A stretch of DNA of 64,000 nt from the human T2T-CHM13v2.0 reference genome, Homo sapiens. The DNA is taken from the NCBI RefSeq assembly GCF_009914755.1, contig NC_060926.1, one strand, 5' to 3'. The translations under genes and the position numbers were made by a program. Shown one piece after another: positions 36,823 through 50,428 of this stretch. Below the pieces are notes generated by a model. That model did not search any database and was not told the origin of the DNA. It saw only the letters and a program-made list of their open reading frames with translations. Position 1 is the first letter of the stretch. Each line of letters begins with the position of its first letter.

Positions 36823-39610
36823 AGGAAATCACCATTCAGAAAATCTCTTAAATAAAAGTCAACAGTAATAATGTCAAGACTTAATAAATGGGTGTGGACT
36901 ATGTCCTTGGAAAAATTAGTTCTACCAAACTGTGGAGACATGGGCTAGGTCAAAGTGAGTACATGGTTAGACCTGTCTATCTTCTGAAAGAATTTGGAAT
37001 GAGGAATGAATCATAGAGGTTATCTGGATAATTCATAAATCACAAAAGTCTATCTAGTGCCTGTTATTTCAAAGCAGTTCCATAACATCTCCGGAAGAAA
37101 ATCAGGTTATCTATATGACCCCAGATGGCACCCACAGCTTCCTAAGCCCTGGCTTTTTACACGTGTGGCTGTGTCTGGGGCAATGCCAGGCATTACCTTC
37201 GTAAACTGTGTAGAAAGTAGCCCTACTCACAATCACTCAAATCCCTAGAAACAGAGTCAACTTAAATAAAATGGGCCTTTTAATTCTAATGTGAGCTGTT
37301 ATTTATAAGTTAGAGTGAGAAAGAGGTTAAAGCTCTTATTTATACAGAAAAATTCCTCTATTCCATGAACCGAAGAAAACAAATGAAGTTGAGAACTCAA
37401 AACTGCCTTTCTTAAAAAAGAAGGAGAAGCAGGGGTCAGAGTAGGGGTGGAAGAGAAAACATGTGCCATTCTATAACGTTATTGAAAAGTTAAGTCTCTA
37501 TGAGTAGAAGAAATATTCTAGAAGCAGAAAGTGGATTTCCATGAAAATATGCACTCCCTAGGAATTTTAACATCTTGGGGCTTACCCAAGCTGTGCTGGG
37601 GAAGTGAAAACTCGTGAGCAGCCAAACACTGGGAAATTTTTATTTGCAGCCATAAGTTATCCCATATGGTAGGAGGGTGATTTCTTACACGACAGATAGG
37701 AACTTGAATGAACTTGACTGTTTTCTACAAGGAGAAGGGAGGAAGGGATGGGTGGGCCTGATTTCTGTGTCATAACTGGGCCTAGGGTAGTAGCAGCAGC
37801 AAATCATCTCGTCAGAATAGTTTTAGTTGGCTAAAAAAAAAAATAAAATTATGGCAAGAGTGACAGTGAAATAAAGCAATAGGACGGGAGGGAGAAGAAA
37901 AAATAGAAAAGCAAGGTAAGTGATTACCAGCAAATAGGGAAGGTACGGTAATAAATACCAAAGGCACAGGAGAGGGAGGAGATGAGGGCAGAGGAAGTCG
38001 ATGGTGGAAAGATTGGTCAGAGGCAAGGAAGGGCATCTCCACCAGGTATATTAGGTCAAGAAGGGCTTCTACTATTACAGAGAAATTCAAGATGGTGTAA
38101 AAAAAAAATAGTAAGACGGGCAAAGGTAGAGAACGAACACAAGATAAATTGCATCAGAGGTTGAAATAAATAAGACTTTTTAAGTAGATAAGAAACAAGA
38201 GGTCACAGGAAAATTTATTGCCAGAAGAGGAAAAAAAAAAAAAACTAAATGAATTCTCTGCCTGAGTGTTCACAAAGGATGGGGATAAGGGAGGGGGTAT
38301 AGAAGCCAGAAACAGGCATAAATTTTCAGAAGGAGGATGGAGAAATGATTAAGGAAATCAAGATCAATAGCAGAGCCAGCCATCAAGACATTGCAATGTT
38401 CCCAAGCCTCAGAAAACTCCAGGGGCAGAAATGGCATCTGCCCTGAGCCTGAAGGGACATGATGGAAGGGATCTCAGCAGCCTTCTCACGAAGCTGTTGC
38501 AAAACTAGAAAGGGAAAGGCAGGCGCGGTCCTGCAGAGGTGACATGATATCAATTGCGGATGATGCACGAGCCACTCTTGGGTTACCATGTGATGAGACC
38601 TAAATGCAGATGAGGGGTGACACTCAGCTCATTCTTCACGACTGGCATTTCCCTTTGACAAGCAGTTGTCAGTAAGGGCTATGTGTCAGTAATAAAATGA
38701 CTGGTATTTGTACACTCTCAAAGGCCAGTTGTTCTCATCCTGTCCTTTAGCTGTGGCACCAACAAACTGGTGGCTAAGTGATCACTGTGTCTTCTGACCT
38801 TTGAGCTCTGGGAGGCCTTCTCTGCCATGCTTCCAGGGAAGAAAATTAACCAAGGCAAACAGGAGGAAAAAGAAGGGAGACTCTGTGGAATCCATCTCAT
38901 GGATTGAGTTGGTGTACTTACCTCACTTACTCACGTCATATACATTCCCTTTGTGCCTCACTTTTACATTTCTTCCTTTCTTTTACTGTATTGTAAACAC
39001 CTTTGCAAGCTGCCTTAAATGGTTTTTGAAAAAGCTGAGAGAGGAAGAAGGCTGGAAGAAAGAAGAGGAGAGACTCAAAGAGCAGGAAGAAAAGGAAGAG
39101 AGAGGAATTGTGAGTTAATTTCTCAGTGGAGACAGCAGGGCCTAGAAGAGCAAGAACATGGGTCTGAATAAAAAGAAAAACTCACTGGGAACAAGGAAAA
39201 AAATCTAAGAATCAGAAAATTATCTAAATCGGTGGGGTTGAAGGAAGGAGTAAACTTAACTGTGAGAAGTGAAGAAAAGATCTGAGGTATAGAGCGTAGA
39301 AGAAAGCAGCCGAGGAGAGGAAATGAGAAATGTGGTGGGAAGAAGCCCGTCATGGTTCAGAACGCAGGGTTGAAAGGGAAAGCTAGAGAGAAAGAAGCAA
39401 ATCATTAGCAGATTTGCACTTGGCTTTGAAGAATATCCTGGGAGACAAGGAACCAAGCTGGTGAGATAGAGGAGAAGACAGGGCGTGAAACCAAAACAGC
39501 AAGCCAGGAAGAAGAGGGAGCGCAGCATCCTTGAAGCCCAGAGTCCTTTAGGGACCTGGGGCCACAGCACTAAGCCTGTGAACACCAAAAGTGGCTCTTT
39601 AGGGAGGGAC

Positions 39611-40789
39611 ACATAGATACACACCACACACACAATACACACACAGCACATACACACATGCCACACACACACAGCACATACAACACACACTGCACACATC
39701 GCACATAGGAACACAGTACACACACCACACAACCACCTCATATTCACACACACACAGCACATACACACATTACACACACCACACAGACCACCTCACATAC
39801 ACACACACAATACACACAGCAATACACACACACCACACACACACAGCACATACACACGATACACACTGCACATACACCACATATGAACACTACACACACC
39901 ACACATCCACACCACATACACACACCACCTCACATACACATACCCACCACACACACACTACCTCACATACACACACAACCACAACACACACACAGCACAT
40001 ACACTACACACAGCACACACACACAGCACATACAAACACACCACCATACACTATACACCATACACTATACACACCACACACACGGCATACACACACTACA
40101 CACACCACCTCGCATACACACACCCACACTACACACACCCACACCACACACAGCATACACACTACACACACCACCTCGCATACATACACACACACCCACA
40201 CTACACACACAGCATACACACACCATACACATACCACCTCACATACATACACACACACAGCACACACACAGTGCATACACACACACCACCTCACATACAT
40301 ACATGCACATACAGCACATGCAGTATGTACACATACCACACATGTTACACACATAGCATATCACATACATACACAACACATACACAAACACACCACACAC
40401 ACACTACACACACAACCTCACATACACACACACACCACACACACTACACGCACACATCACATACATACACACACCCCCACAGCACACATACAGCACATAT
40501 ACCCACACCACACACAGCACACACACTACACACACACCACTTCACATACATACATGCATACCCCCACAAAACACATATAAAGCACATGCACACACAATCA
40601 CATACATATACAACCACACACAGCACACATACATGCTACACACACCACCTCACATACATATACACATACTCCCACACCACACACATACAGCACATACAAA
40701 TACTCAGACACATGGCATATACACATACTGCCACAGCACACACACACACACACACACAGCACATACACACATCACACACATATATACAT
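39611..40789. repeat. ~1.2 kb degenerate compound (CA)n-rich repeat / VNTR
   Basis: Almost entirely C and A on the plus strand, with recurring accacctcacatac and cagcacatac blocks. Confidence 0.97.
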
Positions 40790-42856
40790 TTCTAGCAAAA
40801 TAAACCAATTTCGGTTCTCCTTTAGGAAAAAAGAGAGATGGGCAATCTATGAAACTTGCTAGTGGAAGACACAAGCTACTCTAATATTCTAGTTATTTGA
40901 CACCATTAAATTTAATAGCTCAAACTATAAATTCTACACAGGAATGATTATTATTCCATACACAGATAAGTGAGAATGGCTTTGAAAGATATTTTATTTA
41001 CTAATCTGATTAGAAATTCTTAGCTTGGTCTAACTAGCTCATCAATAAGGAAAATAGCCCATAAATCCTTAAAAAAAAATCAATCATTTGACTTCACAAA
41101 ATTTCAGGATTGAAAGAAAATGAGGGAAGGTGCGGTCACTTAGGCCATTTCCCCATCAGGATATGCCCATTCCATAAACCACGTCAGAATGAAATGCACA
41201 TTTTTCATGTCCATTAAGTCAATTAATAGCAAAAGAGTTTTCTTCTCTTCTCTAGGTGGTCTTGTTCATTGCACACTTCTCAGCCAGAAATATATATCTA
41301 TTTATTATATTTTCTAATATTCAATCTGAAGTAAAAATCAGGAGGTTTTCACTCCTATTTTGTAGTTAGGAAGATGGAGTCCATAAAGAAGGAATCAAAT
41401 GAGACCAGTGTCAACTAAATTAAAACAAGAGAAAGGATTGCCCTGTAATTGAATATAAAAGGAATTGGTTTCCTCTAGTTTAAGAAAATAATGTGAGCCC
41501 TCAAAATAACCTTCCCTCTTCCTTGATCAATATGCCCCAGCCCACAGCAGTGCACTTACGCAGGGTATGGGCAATCCATGGTGACAGATGTTTTTGGACA
41601 GCCGAATTTTCAGATATTGATTCACTAGATAGCCTTTCAAATCTTCCAGTGAAGAGAAATCAGAACTGTTGAAAAATCAGAACCTCTGACAACCATATTT
41701 GCTCTGCTCAGCTAATGTCAGTTACCGAACGTGCTGCTCACTTGAGACTGGACATGGCTCTCCAGTTCAACCCAGTCCCCACCCAGGGGCACCAACCATT
41801 TTGGTAGCCTGCTTGGCCCCTGTAGATACTTGAGTTTTTGATGTCCACACTGAAGAAACCATAGGACCCCTGAGCACATTGCACAATCTCCCAAAATGAG
41901 AGTCAGTTTTTTATCTTCTCTAAGATGGCTGAGAGGGCACATGACAGGTCAAAATGACCCACCATGCACAGTGCTCAGAACATACTTACAAACAACAATA
42001 GCTATGGGACCAGATGGCAGGGCCTAATTGGCCCTTGCCTCACTTTAAATTATAGAACAAAGTCAACTTCTAATGTCCAACATTCCTTGACAAATCAGAT
42101 TAGGGATTATATTATCCTTTTTAAAAAATTTAGCTACTCATGCTTTTCTCTTATTTTATTATTTTTCTCCATTACACTATCTGAAATCTGATATTTATAA
42201 TCTTGCTAATAATTATATTATGAAACATTTACTTCCTGATATCTTCTTTGAAAAACTCAATATATATTTTATTGTGACTTTACTAAAGATTATGTGAATA
42301 AACTAATTTTTTATGATGTTGGCATTTTTCAACATCTGCCTTGAAAAATAACACTGGGTCTTTGGAACGCAATGACCTGAAATAAATTAGAATAATCTGA
42401 TCATTTATTTTAAATATTATCAACTAGAAGGATGATAAAACCACACTGAAACTCCTGACTCACTTAATTATCAAGGCTCATTCTGTACCCAACGGGAAAA
42501 TGACAGATGAAGCAGCTCAGCCCTGACCCATGGTAACCTCACTGCCAGCAAGGCAAGCGTTGGTTAGAAAAGGTCATACCCTGGAGTGTCAGGATTTGTA
42601 AGTCAAAAATAGCACAAGGCACTGAGAAGGAACTAGTCTTTTAACTTATAAAGGTGAGATACCAAATTCAGCGTAACCACATGCTTCCCATATAGTATAG
42701 TTCTTTTTAACTCTGAATTAAACATATATTTTTATGCCAGAACAGTTTTTTATTACAAGGCTGGTAGCCAGAGTGGTCATAACACCCATACAAACGTAAT
42801 TCTTCCAACCCACTTTCACTACAAACAAACACATGTATCCCAAACTGCTTTGCAGG

Positions 42857-43037
42857 CTGGACCAGCTACGTGATTTGCAGGACCCAATGCAAAAGGCAAA
42901 TGCAGAACCCCATGTTCTAAAATTATTAAGAATTTCAAGATGGTGACAGCAGAGCATTAAACCAAGTGAGGAGTCCTCCGGGCTTGGTGCCCTGTACAAC
43001 TTCGCAGGTCACCCTAGTTACAAGAAAGCCCACCCTA
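42857..43037 (-). mobile_element. MER45A hAT-Tip100 DNA transposon
   Basis: aaaattattaagaatttcaagatggtgacagcagagcattaaaccaag matches the reversed MER45A consensus; about 180 bp. Confidence 0.85.
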
Positions 43038-43936
43038 GTCACAAAAAAGAACTTTTGAAAGTTAAAAAAAATTAATTTTTCCTTTCAAAGACATATAACC
43101 ATTTAGTCTTTACTCCTGTATTCTCAGATCTGGCCTTAGGTAAGACAGCATTCATATTGGGGAGTACAGCATGGAGATACAAAAGAGAATCAAACTTTTT
43201 CCTAAGTATCTTTCCCGATCTTACCCACACCCTTCTTATTCTGAAGGGCCCTTTCACCTCCCTCCTGGAACCAGAAAAGAGATGCTGAAGCATTACTCTT
43301 TGGACATGCATCGTGGGCAACTGATTAAGTAAATACCTTTTTAACCTCAGGGCAGATTGTTCGAATACAAAACAATCAAGTCCTTTGCTTTGAGAAGGAG
43401 AAAGCTGAGTAAGAAGAGAAGGAAATCGAAAGTAAATGTCCTGTTAAAAAGTAGGTCTTCTGGAAGAGCTCTTTGCGCACCGAAGCAACTGAACCAGAGT
43501 TTAAAGTGTCAGCAGGGCAGGAAGAACACAGTAGGTGAGACCTTGAAGAATACACGCCTGGTAACACCTGGGACTGTGTAAGAAATTCTGAGAATGGAGC
43601 CTCAAGCGTTCAGTGGGCACCATTATGGGAGACGCAGGCTTTGACATAAACTCTTGCTGCATCCACTGTTGGCAGGGTCTTGGAAGGGTTGGTATCATTT
43701 CCGAGGTCTACTATAATTCTGTTTCTATAAAACATTCTAGTTATTCTTTTGGCTTGGCCTACTTGATCATTATTAGCTCTGAGAAATTGGTACAAGAGGA
43801 TTTCAGGTACAGTCAGGTACAGTTTGGTTTGTTGGCAGTGACCTGAGACTCCAGATAGCTAGGCTTGAGGGTCAGCACCTTCCAAAAACAGCTTCTCAGC
43901 TTCATCAACCAAGAACATGCGAGCACACTCCTAGAT

Positions 43937-44108
43937 CAGAAGTCGCTTGACTCCCCTTAACTCTCCTTAACTCCCCTGGGGTGAGGGAGCGGAGATGCAT
44001 GGATCAGGCCTGAGCCACAGCACACTCCAGCCTTAACCAGAGCAGCCCTCTAATTTTCTGTTCATTGGTTGGTTCCACCAGTAAAGCACTGAAGTGAAAA
44101 TCACATCT
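43937..44108. mobile_element. Possible MER117/MER102-like hAT-Charlie remnant
   Basis: ccttaaccagagcagccctctaattttctgtt resembles the shared internal motif; remainder degenerate. Confidence 0.3.
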
Positions 44109-44144
44109 CTGGAGGACATCCCCATCATGTCTGGCTCATGACAC

Positions 44145-44367
44145 CAGCTCTAACACTAGCTGCCAGGGATCCAATCTCAGCTCCACCACTTCTTAGGGTA
44201 TTACCTCAGGCAAGCTTTTAAAGCTCCTCCGTGCCTCAATTCCCTTGTCTGGAAAATGAAAACAATAGCTCTACCTACCTCCTAGGGTTTTTGTGAAGAC
44301 TTATGTGTAAAACTTTGAGCTCAGTTGCTGATTTACAGTATGAGCTAAACAAATGTTAACAATAGCA
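44145..44367 (+). mobile_element. MIR SINE
   Basis: aatctcagctccaccacttcttag...gtgcctcaattcccttgtctggaaaatg...acctacctcctagggtttttgtgaaga. Confidence 0.8.
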
Positions 44368-45380
44368 ATTTCGTTTGAACAAAGAATTTTATGGTAAAAG
44401 AAAGACTGAAAAGCACTGGACCCTAATCCTTTAAGATCTCTCTAGGCTAAAATGCTATGATCTTTCTACCATTTCGTCTTTTATTTTCTTCATCTCTTTA
44501 CTTCCTCCCCACAAAACCTCCACCACCAGAGTTGAACAGAGGTCAAATAGGAATCTTTCCCTTGTCCATGGTGGTGGTTGGTGATGGTGTGTCTGCAAAT
44601 TTGAAAGTGTTTCTGGAAATGCTGTCTGGAAGCTTTATATTGTAGGATTTTGCCTGGCCTTTTTTAATGGATGTAACTGGACCCTCTTTCCTCACCACCC
44701 AATGTGTGAGAGGAATCCTGATAGTCTATGTATGCTGTATGGGTGAGGCCTATGTCTCTAATTACCGCTGCAGACAATAATGTGGGAATGCCAACAGCAA
44801 CTACTGTCACAAAGGAAAGATCTAGGACAAAGTAGAAGCGATAGCTAAGGCTTTGCAGAATACATATATGTCCACTTCATGGCACCAATGCACAAATGAC
44901 CTCCCAGCCGGCAGTTACCTTCCTCAGCTTTTTCCACCTGCTTAGTGAGAAAACAGCTTTCGATGACAGGAGCCCAGGATAAATCTGTCAGCGTGACTTA
45001 CACGACAAAATCTCCTGAGAAACGCTTGAGGAATCCAATAAATAAAAGCTCTATGTCCCAAACAGTAGCAAGGTTACCCAAGTTTATCACGTCTCCTCTT
45101 AACCCCTCTGGTATGGACCTCATTGACTGTAATTATCACCAACCTCAGAAGACATCTGGAGGTGGCACATCTTTTGCTCCTGTGAGGATGGCCCCATGCA
45201 GACCTGTTTCCCAGGTAGCAGTCCCAAGAGCAGCAGGTTTTGGACAATGGTCATGAATATCTTTTATCTGACAGGTAAGTGAGATGCTTTGATTCTTCCA
45301 GAAAGGGCTGGGCATTGAGAACAGATTTCAGGCATTCAACAGAAGTTGGGGAAGGGATTTTAAGATATTTAGAGACTTAG

Positions 45381-45800
<420 letters not shown>

Positions 45801-46484
45801 TAGAAAGCAATTCTAAAGGAGGTTTGAGGATGCCCAGAAAGGCTCGAACCCATCTCTTAGAATTGCACTCAATTTCTTCCCTCAGAGGGCATGGGCACCT
45901 ACAGTGATATCCAAGCTGCAGAAAGAACAAAATTCAGCACCAAGACAAGAGCACCTCAAAAAGCTACACTGGGTAGACAAGCAAAGGAGAGGGTGAAAGA
46001 GTGTGTGGGTATTTAAGATTCCTTACTGCCTAGGGAATAAAGTCCCAATTCGTATACATGATGCCCAAGGCTCTACCCAATACAGCCAGATTTCTCTTTC
46101 TGAATGCCTCACCATTCCCACCCAGCTATAGCCCCAGGGTTATAGCTGCAGACTCCAAGGGGACCTCAGAGTTAATGCAAGGGGCTGCAAATTCTGATTC
46201 TTACACACCCAGGTGGTCTTACAGGTAATGTCTTATCTGTCATTTTTTAATGTGTACAAAATTGCTAGAGGGTTATTATAATATAGATTCATTTAAAAAT
46301 ATTACTGAATTTTTGGTTGCTTTGAATGAACAATTACTTTCCCATAGAAGTGTTAGAAGTTTCTTTTTGTTATTGTTTTATCTTCTTGTTTACATAAAAA
46401 GGATTCTTCTTCTTCAGAAGCAGGAACCTCCTAGGTGACACAGACCCATTCAGTAGGCAATGCCTTTGACATCTTTTTTTCTCC

Positions 46485-46801
46485 CAGTGCTGTCCATTAG
46501 AAATGTAATGCAAGCCACAAATGTAATTGTACATTTTCTAGAAGTCACATTTTAAAAATAATAAAAAAGGAAATTTTAATTTTAATAAATATGCTTTAAT
46601 CCAATATATCCAAATAGTGTCATTTCAACACATTACCAATATTTATAAATTATTAATGAGACATGTTACATTTTTTTTCATACTAAGACTGCAAAATGTG
46701 GCATGTATTTTATGGTTACAGGACACCTTAAATTGGTCTAGCCCTATTTTAAGTGCTCAGTAACCACCCTTGACTAGTGGCTACCATACTGGACAGTAAA
46801 G
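46485..46801 (-). mobile_element. MER33 hAT-Charlie DNA transposon
   Basis: cagtgctgtccattagaaat...ctagtggctaccatactggacag; TIRs and ~320 bp length fit. Confidence 0.88.
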
Positions 46802-46899
46802 TCATACTTTCAAGTCTTGGTTCTTGTTGCTCCTCCATCTTCCCTATCTTCCACACCCTATCTTCCAGACCTCTGTGCTTGTCTTTAACAGAGTCATCC

Positions 46900-47185
46900 T
46901 TAATGCCTCATGGATGGACTATTATTTCTAGAGATCTCAAAGCTCAGAGTGATCTCCCATTCCTCATTTCTTCTAGCATTACTGTCTATGACAAGCCACT
47001 TGTTCCAATAATACTACCCTACCTGGTCTCTTCAGTCAACTGCTTCATAGGTATGTGTCCTATCTCCCAAAGAAGTTTGTAGCCTCTTTGTGGGTAGGAT
47101 ACTTACCTTTTACCTTTTTTCTCCTCCACAGCACTAAGCAAAGAATACACAGTAAGCTCCATAAGTACTTGCTCAATTGAATCAA
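46900..47185 (+). mobile_element. L2 3' tail
   Basis: tgtgtcctatctccca...ctccacagcactaagcaaag...cacagtaagctccataagtacttg. Confidence 0.5.
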
Positions 47186-47519
47186 TTTCATTTTCTTAGG
47201 CACTCTGCTCTAGGATGCTGGAGAAGTGAGACTTTTATTTGCCAGTGAAGACTCAATATAGCAACAAAAGAACAAAGAGATGTGATAGTCTTCCTCCAGG
47301 GGCCAGTTTTCTTCTGGATGAATGCATTTGGTCATCAAGAATGTCTCAAGACTTTCCATGGCCTTATTTTATACTACCTCAGGCCTCTCATCTGCATTCA
47401 CAGACTTCAAATATGTATAACCAGTATAACATTTTTGAAATACTTTCCAACATGTTTCCTTGTACCTCATACCTCTTCTGCATTTCAGCTTCATTGAAAT
47501 AGAGAGGACAGGTGCTACT

Positions 47520-48240
47520 TGTGAAAAAGGAGAATATAACAAGGAAAAATCCTCTCCTTCCCCTTGGAGGTCTGAAGAAGAAAGGACATAGAGACAGGGC
47601 AGTAGGCAGTCATGTGTGTGCTTAGAACTCCGTACTCCAAGGTGATAAGTTAAATCTGAAGAGAGGAAGGTGACAAACAGAGTTAGGAAGACACAGTGCC
47701 ATGGTCAGGTTGAGAGAAGGACTTCTAAGTAGCCTTCAGTTCCCATGTGTCATAGACTCTGAATAGAGAGCCACAGGGCCTTCCTGGAGACAGGATAACC
47801 CCACAGCCTTCTCCAGAAACCCTTTAGAGGACTTACAGAGACTCAGAGGGATCTACAGAGTCAGTAAGGATCAAAAGGAGGCCAGACAATGGAGGGAAAG
47901 CTCTTGACCATGGCAGAGCTGTGAAACCTATCACAAATTTATCAGCTGCAGAATGTCTAGAGAAGGCGGCCAGCTAGAGCAGATTCCAGTGATGCCAGGC
48001 AGCACCCACTCAGGGAGAATCATGGGGAGACCTTTTCTTTCTGGATCTGTGAAGATCTTTCTCCCCATCTCAGACACCATCCTAAGAGAGGGCAGAGGTG
48101 TAGAGAAGAAAGAAATAATACTTCAAAGAGACAGGTTACTCAACTGGACTAAGTTTTGAACCAGACTGCATTAAAACTAGGGCAGTGGTGGTGGTTGTTT
48201 TCATTACACCAATCAGGTAGAATACAAAAGGATATCAGAA
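47520..48240. mobile_element. Possible ancient LTR (LTR85/LTR88/MamGyp-like)
   Basis: Starts TGTG, purine-rich body, gacaccatc and actggactaagtttt motifs; weak recall only. Confidence 0.25.
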
Positions 48241-48934
48241 CAAATTCAGAAAACATGGAAACTACTTTTTCTGCACACCTCAGTATAATGCAAGTAATTC
48301 TGTGATCCTAATATGTATGAAATCATTGAATAGATAAAGCTAAGAGGACAACAAAGTATGGAGTGGTATGATGAGTCTATGAGAAGGTAAATGATTTTCA
48401 GACAATTCAAATTCTCTAGCGAATTTGTTGTCACAAAATACACTGTAATTAAACTGCATTGGCCTTGGGCAAAATTCATCTTGGATATCTTATTTGAAAT
48501 AGCATTCAATGAGCACTTGTGCTAGCCACTGCAGATACTTTATTAAATAGAATATGCTTGCAAGGCACTTATACCTTCATACCATCTCCTCTTCCAATGC
48601 CTAATGTTTACCTGGTGAAATCTACTTTCAAGATGGCCCTGGTGTCTTTCATGTATTCCGTCATGTAAATTAACTTAATGTATTAACTCTCATAATCTGT
48701 GGTTTGTTGGCTTGTTGTTGTGATTGTTGTTTACATTTTTATGTCATTCCCAACTCTACAAAGTAAAGCTTTGATCTCTGCTAGAGTAACCTTCAGGCAA
48801 TAGTAAACTGCTACAGAATTCTGTATTTTTTCACACCAGGAGGTCTTCTTCACTGAAATTCATTCAACAAATACTGACTAAGAGCTGACTCTATTTCAGA
48901 TCCAGAACTAAATGATGGAAATCCATGGTTGCTT

Positions 48935-50225
48935 CTCTGACACCTCCACTTGGAAGTAAGAATCTCAAATATATATCCTATTAGTAATATATCCTAATAG
49001 GAAAACATGATTCCCACCCATGCCAACCTACTCATCTACACTTTTTTCTCTCTCAGTAAATAGCAGCACCGTGTACCCAACGTGCTGAAATTGGAAGCCC
49101 TCATATAATCCAACTCCTCCCTTTTGCCAACACTGCCCCTCAGAAAGATATGCACTTTGACACACATAGCATGTGTACATGCACATCTAAAGAATCATTC
49201 CTGTTGGTCCTGCCTCCACATCAGGTCTTGAGTCTGTGCTCTCCTCTTCATCCCCATACCACTGCTGTGGTGAAAGCCCCACACATCTCTCAACTGGACC
49301 ACTCAGATCAACTCTGGCTGGGTTCTGCTGCTTCTACTTTTGCACTCTACAATCTACTCTCCTCTCAGCAGTCAAATCAGCAGTCAGATTGCCTCACTTC
49401 CCTGCATAAACTCTTATTGGCTTCCTGGGACATGGGAATAGGACCTGAACCCCTTCCCCTATCCTCCAAGGCTCTGCATCTTCTATACTGCTCACCTCCT
49501 CATGTCATCTGCCCTTCTGACCTCCCCAGCCTCACCTACCATCTCTTTCTCCACCATCTGCATGCTCCAGGCTTAGGTGGTTCTAAGAAAGAACAACATT
49601 CTTTGACTTCAGATGCCTTGCACTTGCTGTTCTTTCTGCTTATAATTTGCTCTCCATGTCCCTTCACATGACAATGGTCCTTTCCCCCCGTGCACGTCTC
49701 AGTTTAAATGTCATCTCACAAATACCTTCCATGACCAGACTAGCTAAGGGTACTGACTTATTTTCCACAGCATTATGTTTATTTCCTTAACAGCAAAACC
49801 ATAGATTATAAATAGTTGATTTTTTTTTTGGTGGCATAACTTAGTGGTTAAGCATCTGGACTCTGTAGCCAGACTCTCTGAATTCAAATCCTGGCTGTGT
49901 TACCTCCAAGCTGTGTGACCTTGGAAAAGTTTCTAAACCTTTCTGTACCTCTTTCCTTATTTCTGAGAGGTAAAAAGTAATAATACCTGCCACCAAGAGT
50001 TATTAGATGATTAAGTGAGTCAATGCAAATGAAGCACTTCAAATAGTGATGATTTGTAAGGAGCATAATATGATTGTTTGTTAAAGAAATATAAAAATAA
50101 AATATGATCATGGCAGGAATCCTGTCTGTCCTATTCAGCACCATCTCTCCAGGGCTTAGTCTCATGCATAGTACAAAGTAGACACTCAATAAATACTCAA
50201 TAAATAGATAAATGAATAAAATAAT
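48935..50225 (+). mobile_element. L2a 3' region interrupted by a MIR
   Basis: tctcagtaaatagcagcacc...ctgcctccac...gtctcagtttaaatgtca; resumes after the MIR with catggcaggaatcctgtctgtc...ctcaataaatac. Confidence 0.8.
49832..50085 (+). mobile_element. Near full-length MIR nested in L2
   Basis: tagtggttaagcatctggactctgtagccagac...ttcaaatcctggct...agctgtgtgaccttggaaaagtt. Confidence 0.88.
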
Positions 50226-50271
50226 GACTAAATAACATGACTTCTGTCCTTGAAGTTTTTGTGGTGGAGCC

Positions 50272-50428
50272 CAAGAGGTTGCAAACTTCAACGTGCAAAT
50301 GAATTACCCGGGGGGTCTTGTTAAAATGTATACTCTGATTCTGTAGGTCTGGAGTGAAGCCCGAAATTCTGCATTTCTAACAAGCTTCAGATGTTGTTGG
50401 TCCATAGTCCACATTTTGCATAGCAAGA
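50272..50428. mobile_element. MER5A1-like hAT-Charlie element
   Basis: tcttgttaaaatg...ctgattctgtaggtctgg...ttctgcatttctaacaagct...tagcaag. Confidence 0.8.

Noticed and set aside
38985-39035. tgtaaacacctttgcaagctgccttaaatggtttttgaa, resembling an ancient LINE tail
   Set aside because: Too short, and the family could not be assigned from memory.
39611-40789. CRISPR-like array
   Set aside because: Anchors are degenerate, spacing is irregular, spacers are the same low-complexity sequence, no cas genes are present, and the DNA is primate.
39256-40795. Long His/Thr-rich and Cys/Val-rich ORFs (116-174 aa)
   Set aside because: Translations of the CA/TG repeat, which lacks stop codons for compositional reasons.
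43610-43795. ORF containing RVYVKACV, faintly like an RTE/CR1 reverse transcriptase C-terminus
   Set aside because: Flanking conserved residues are absent; would need tblastn or Dfam support.
49150-49671. 173-aa plus-strand ORF
   Set aside because: Lies within degenerate L2 sequence; no protein family recognised.
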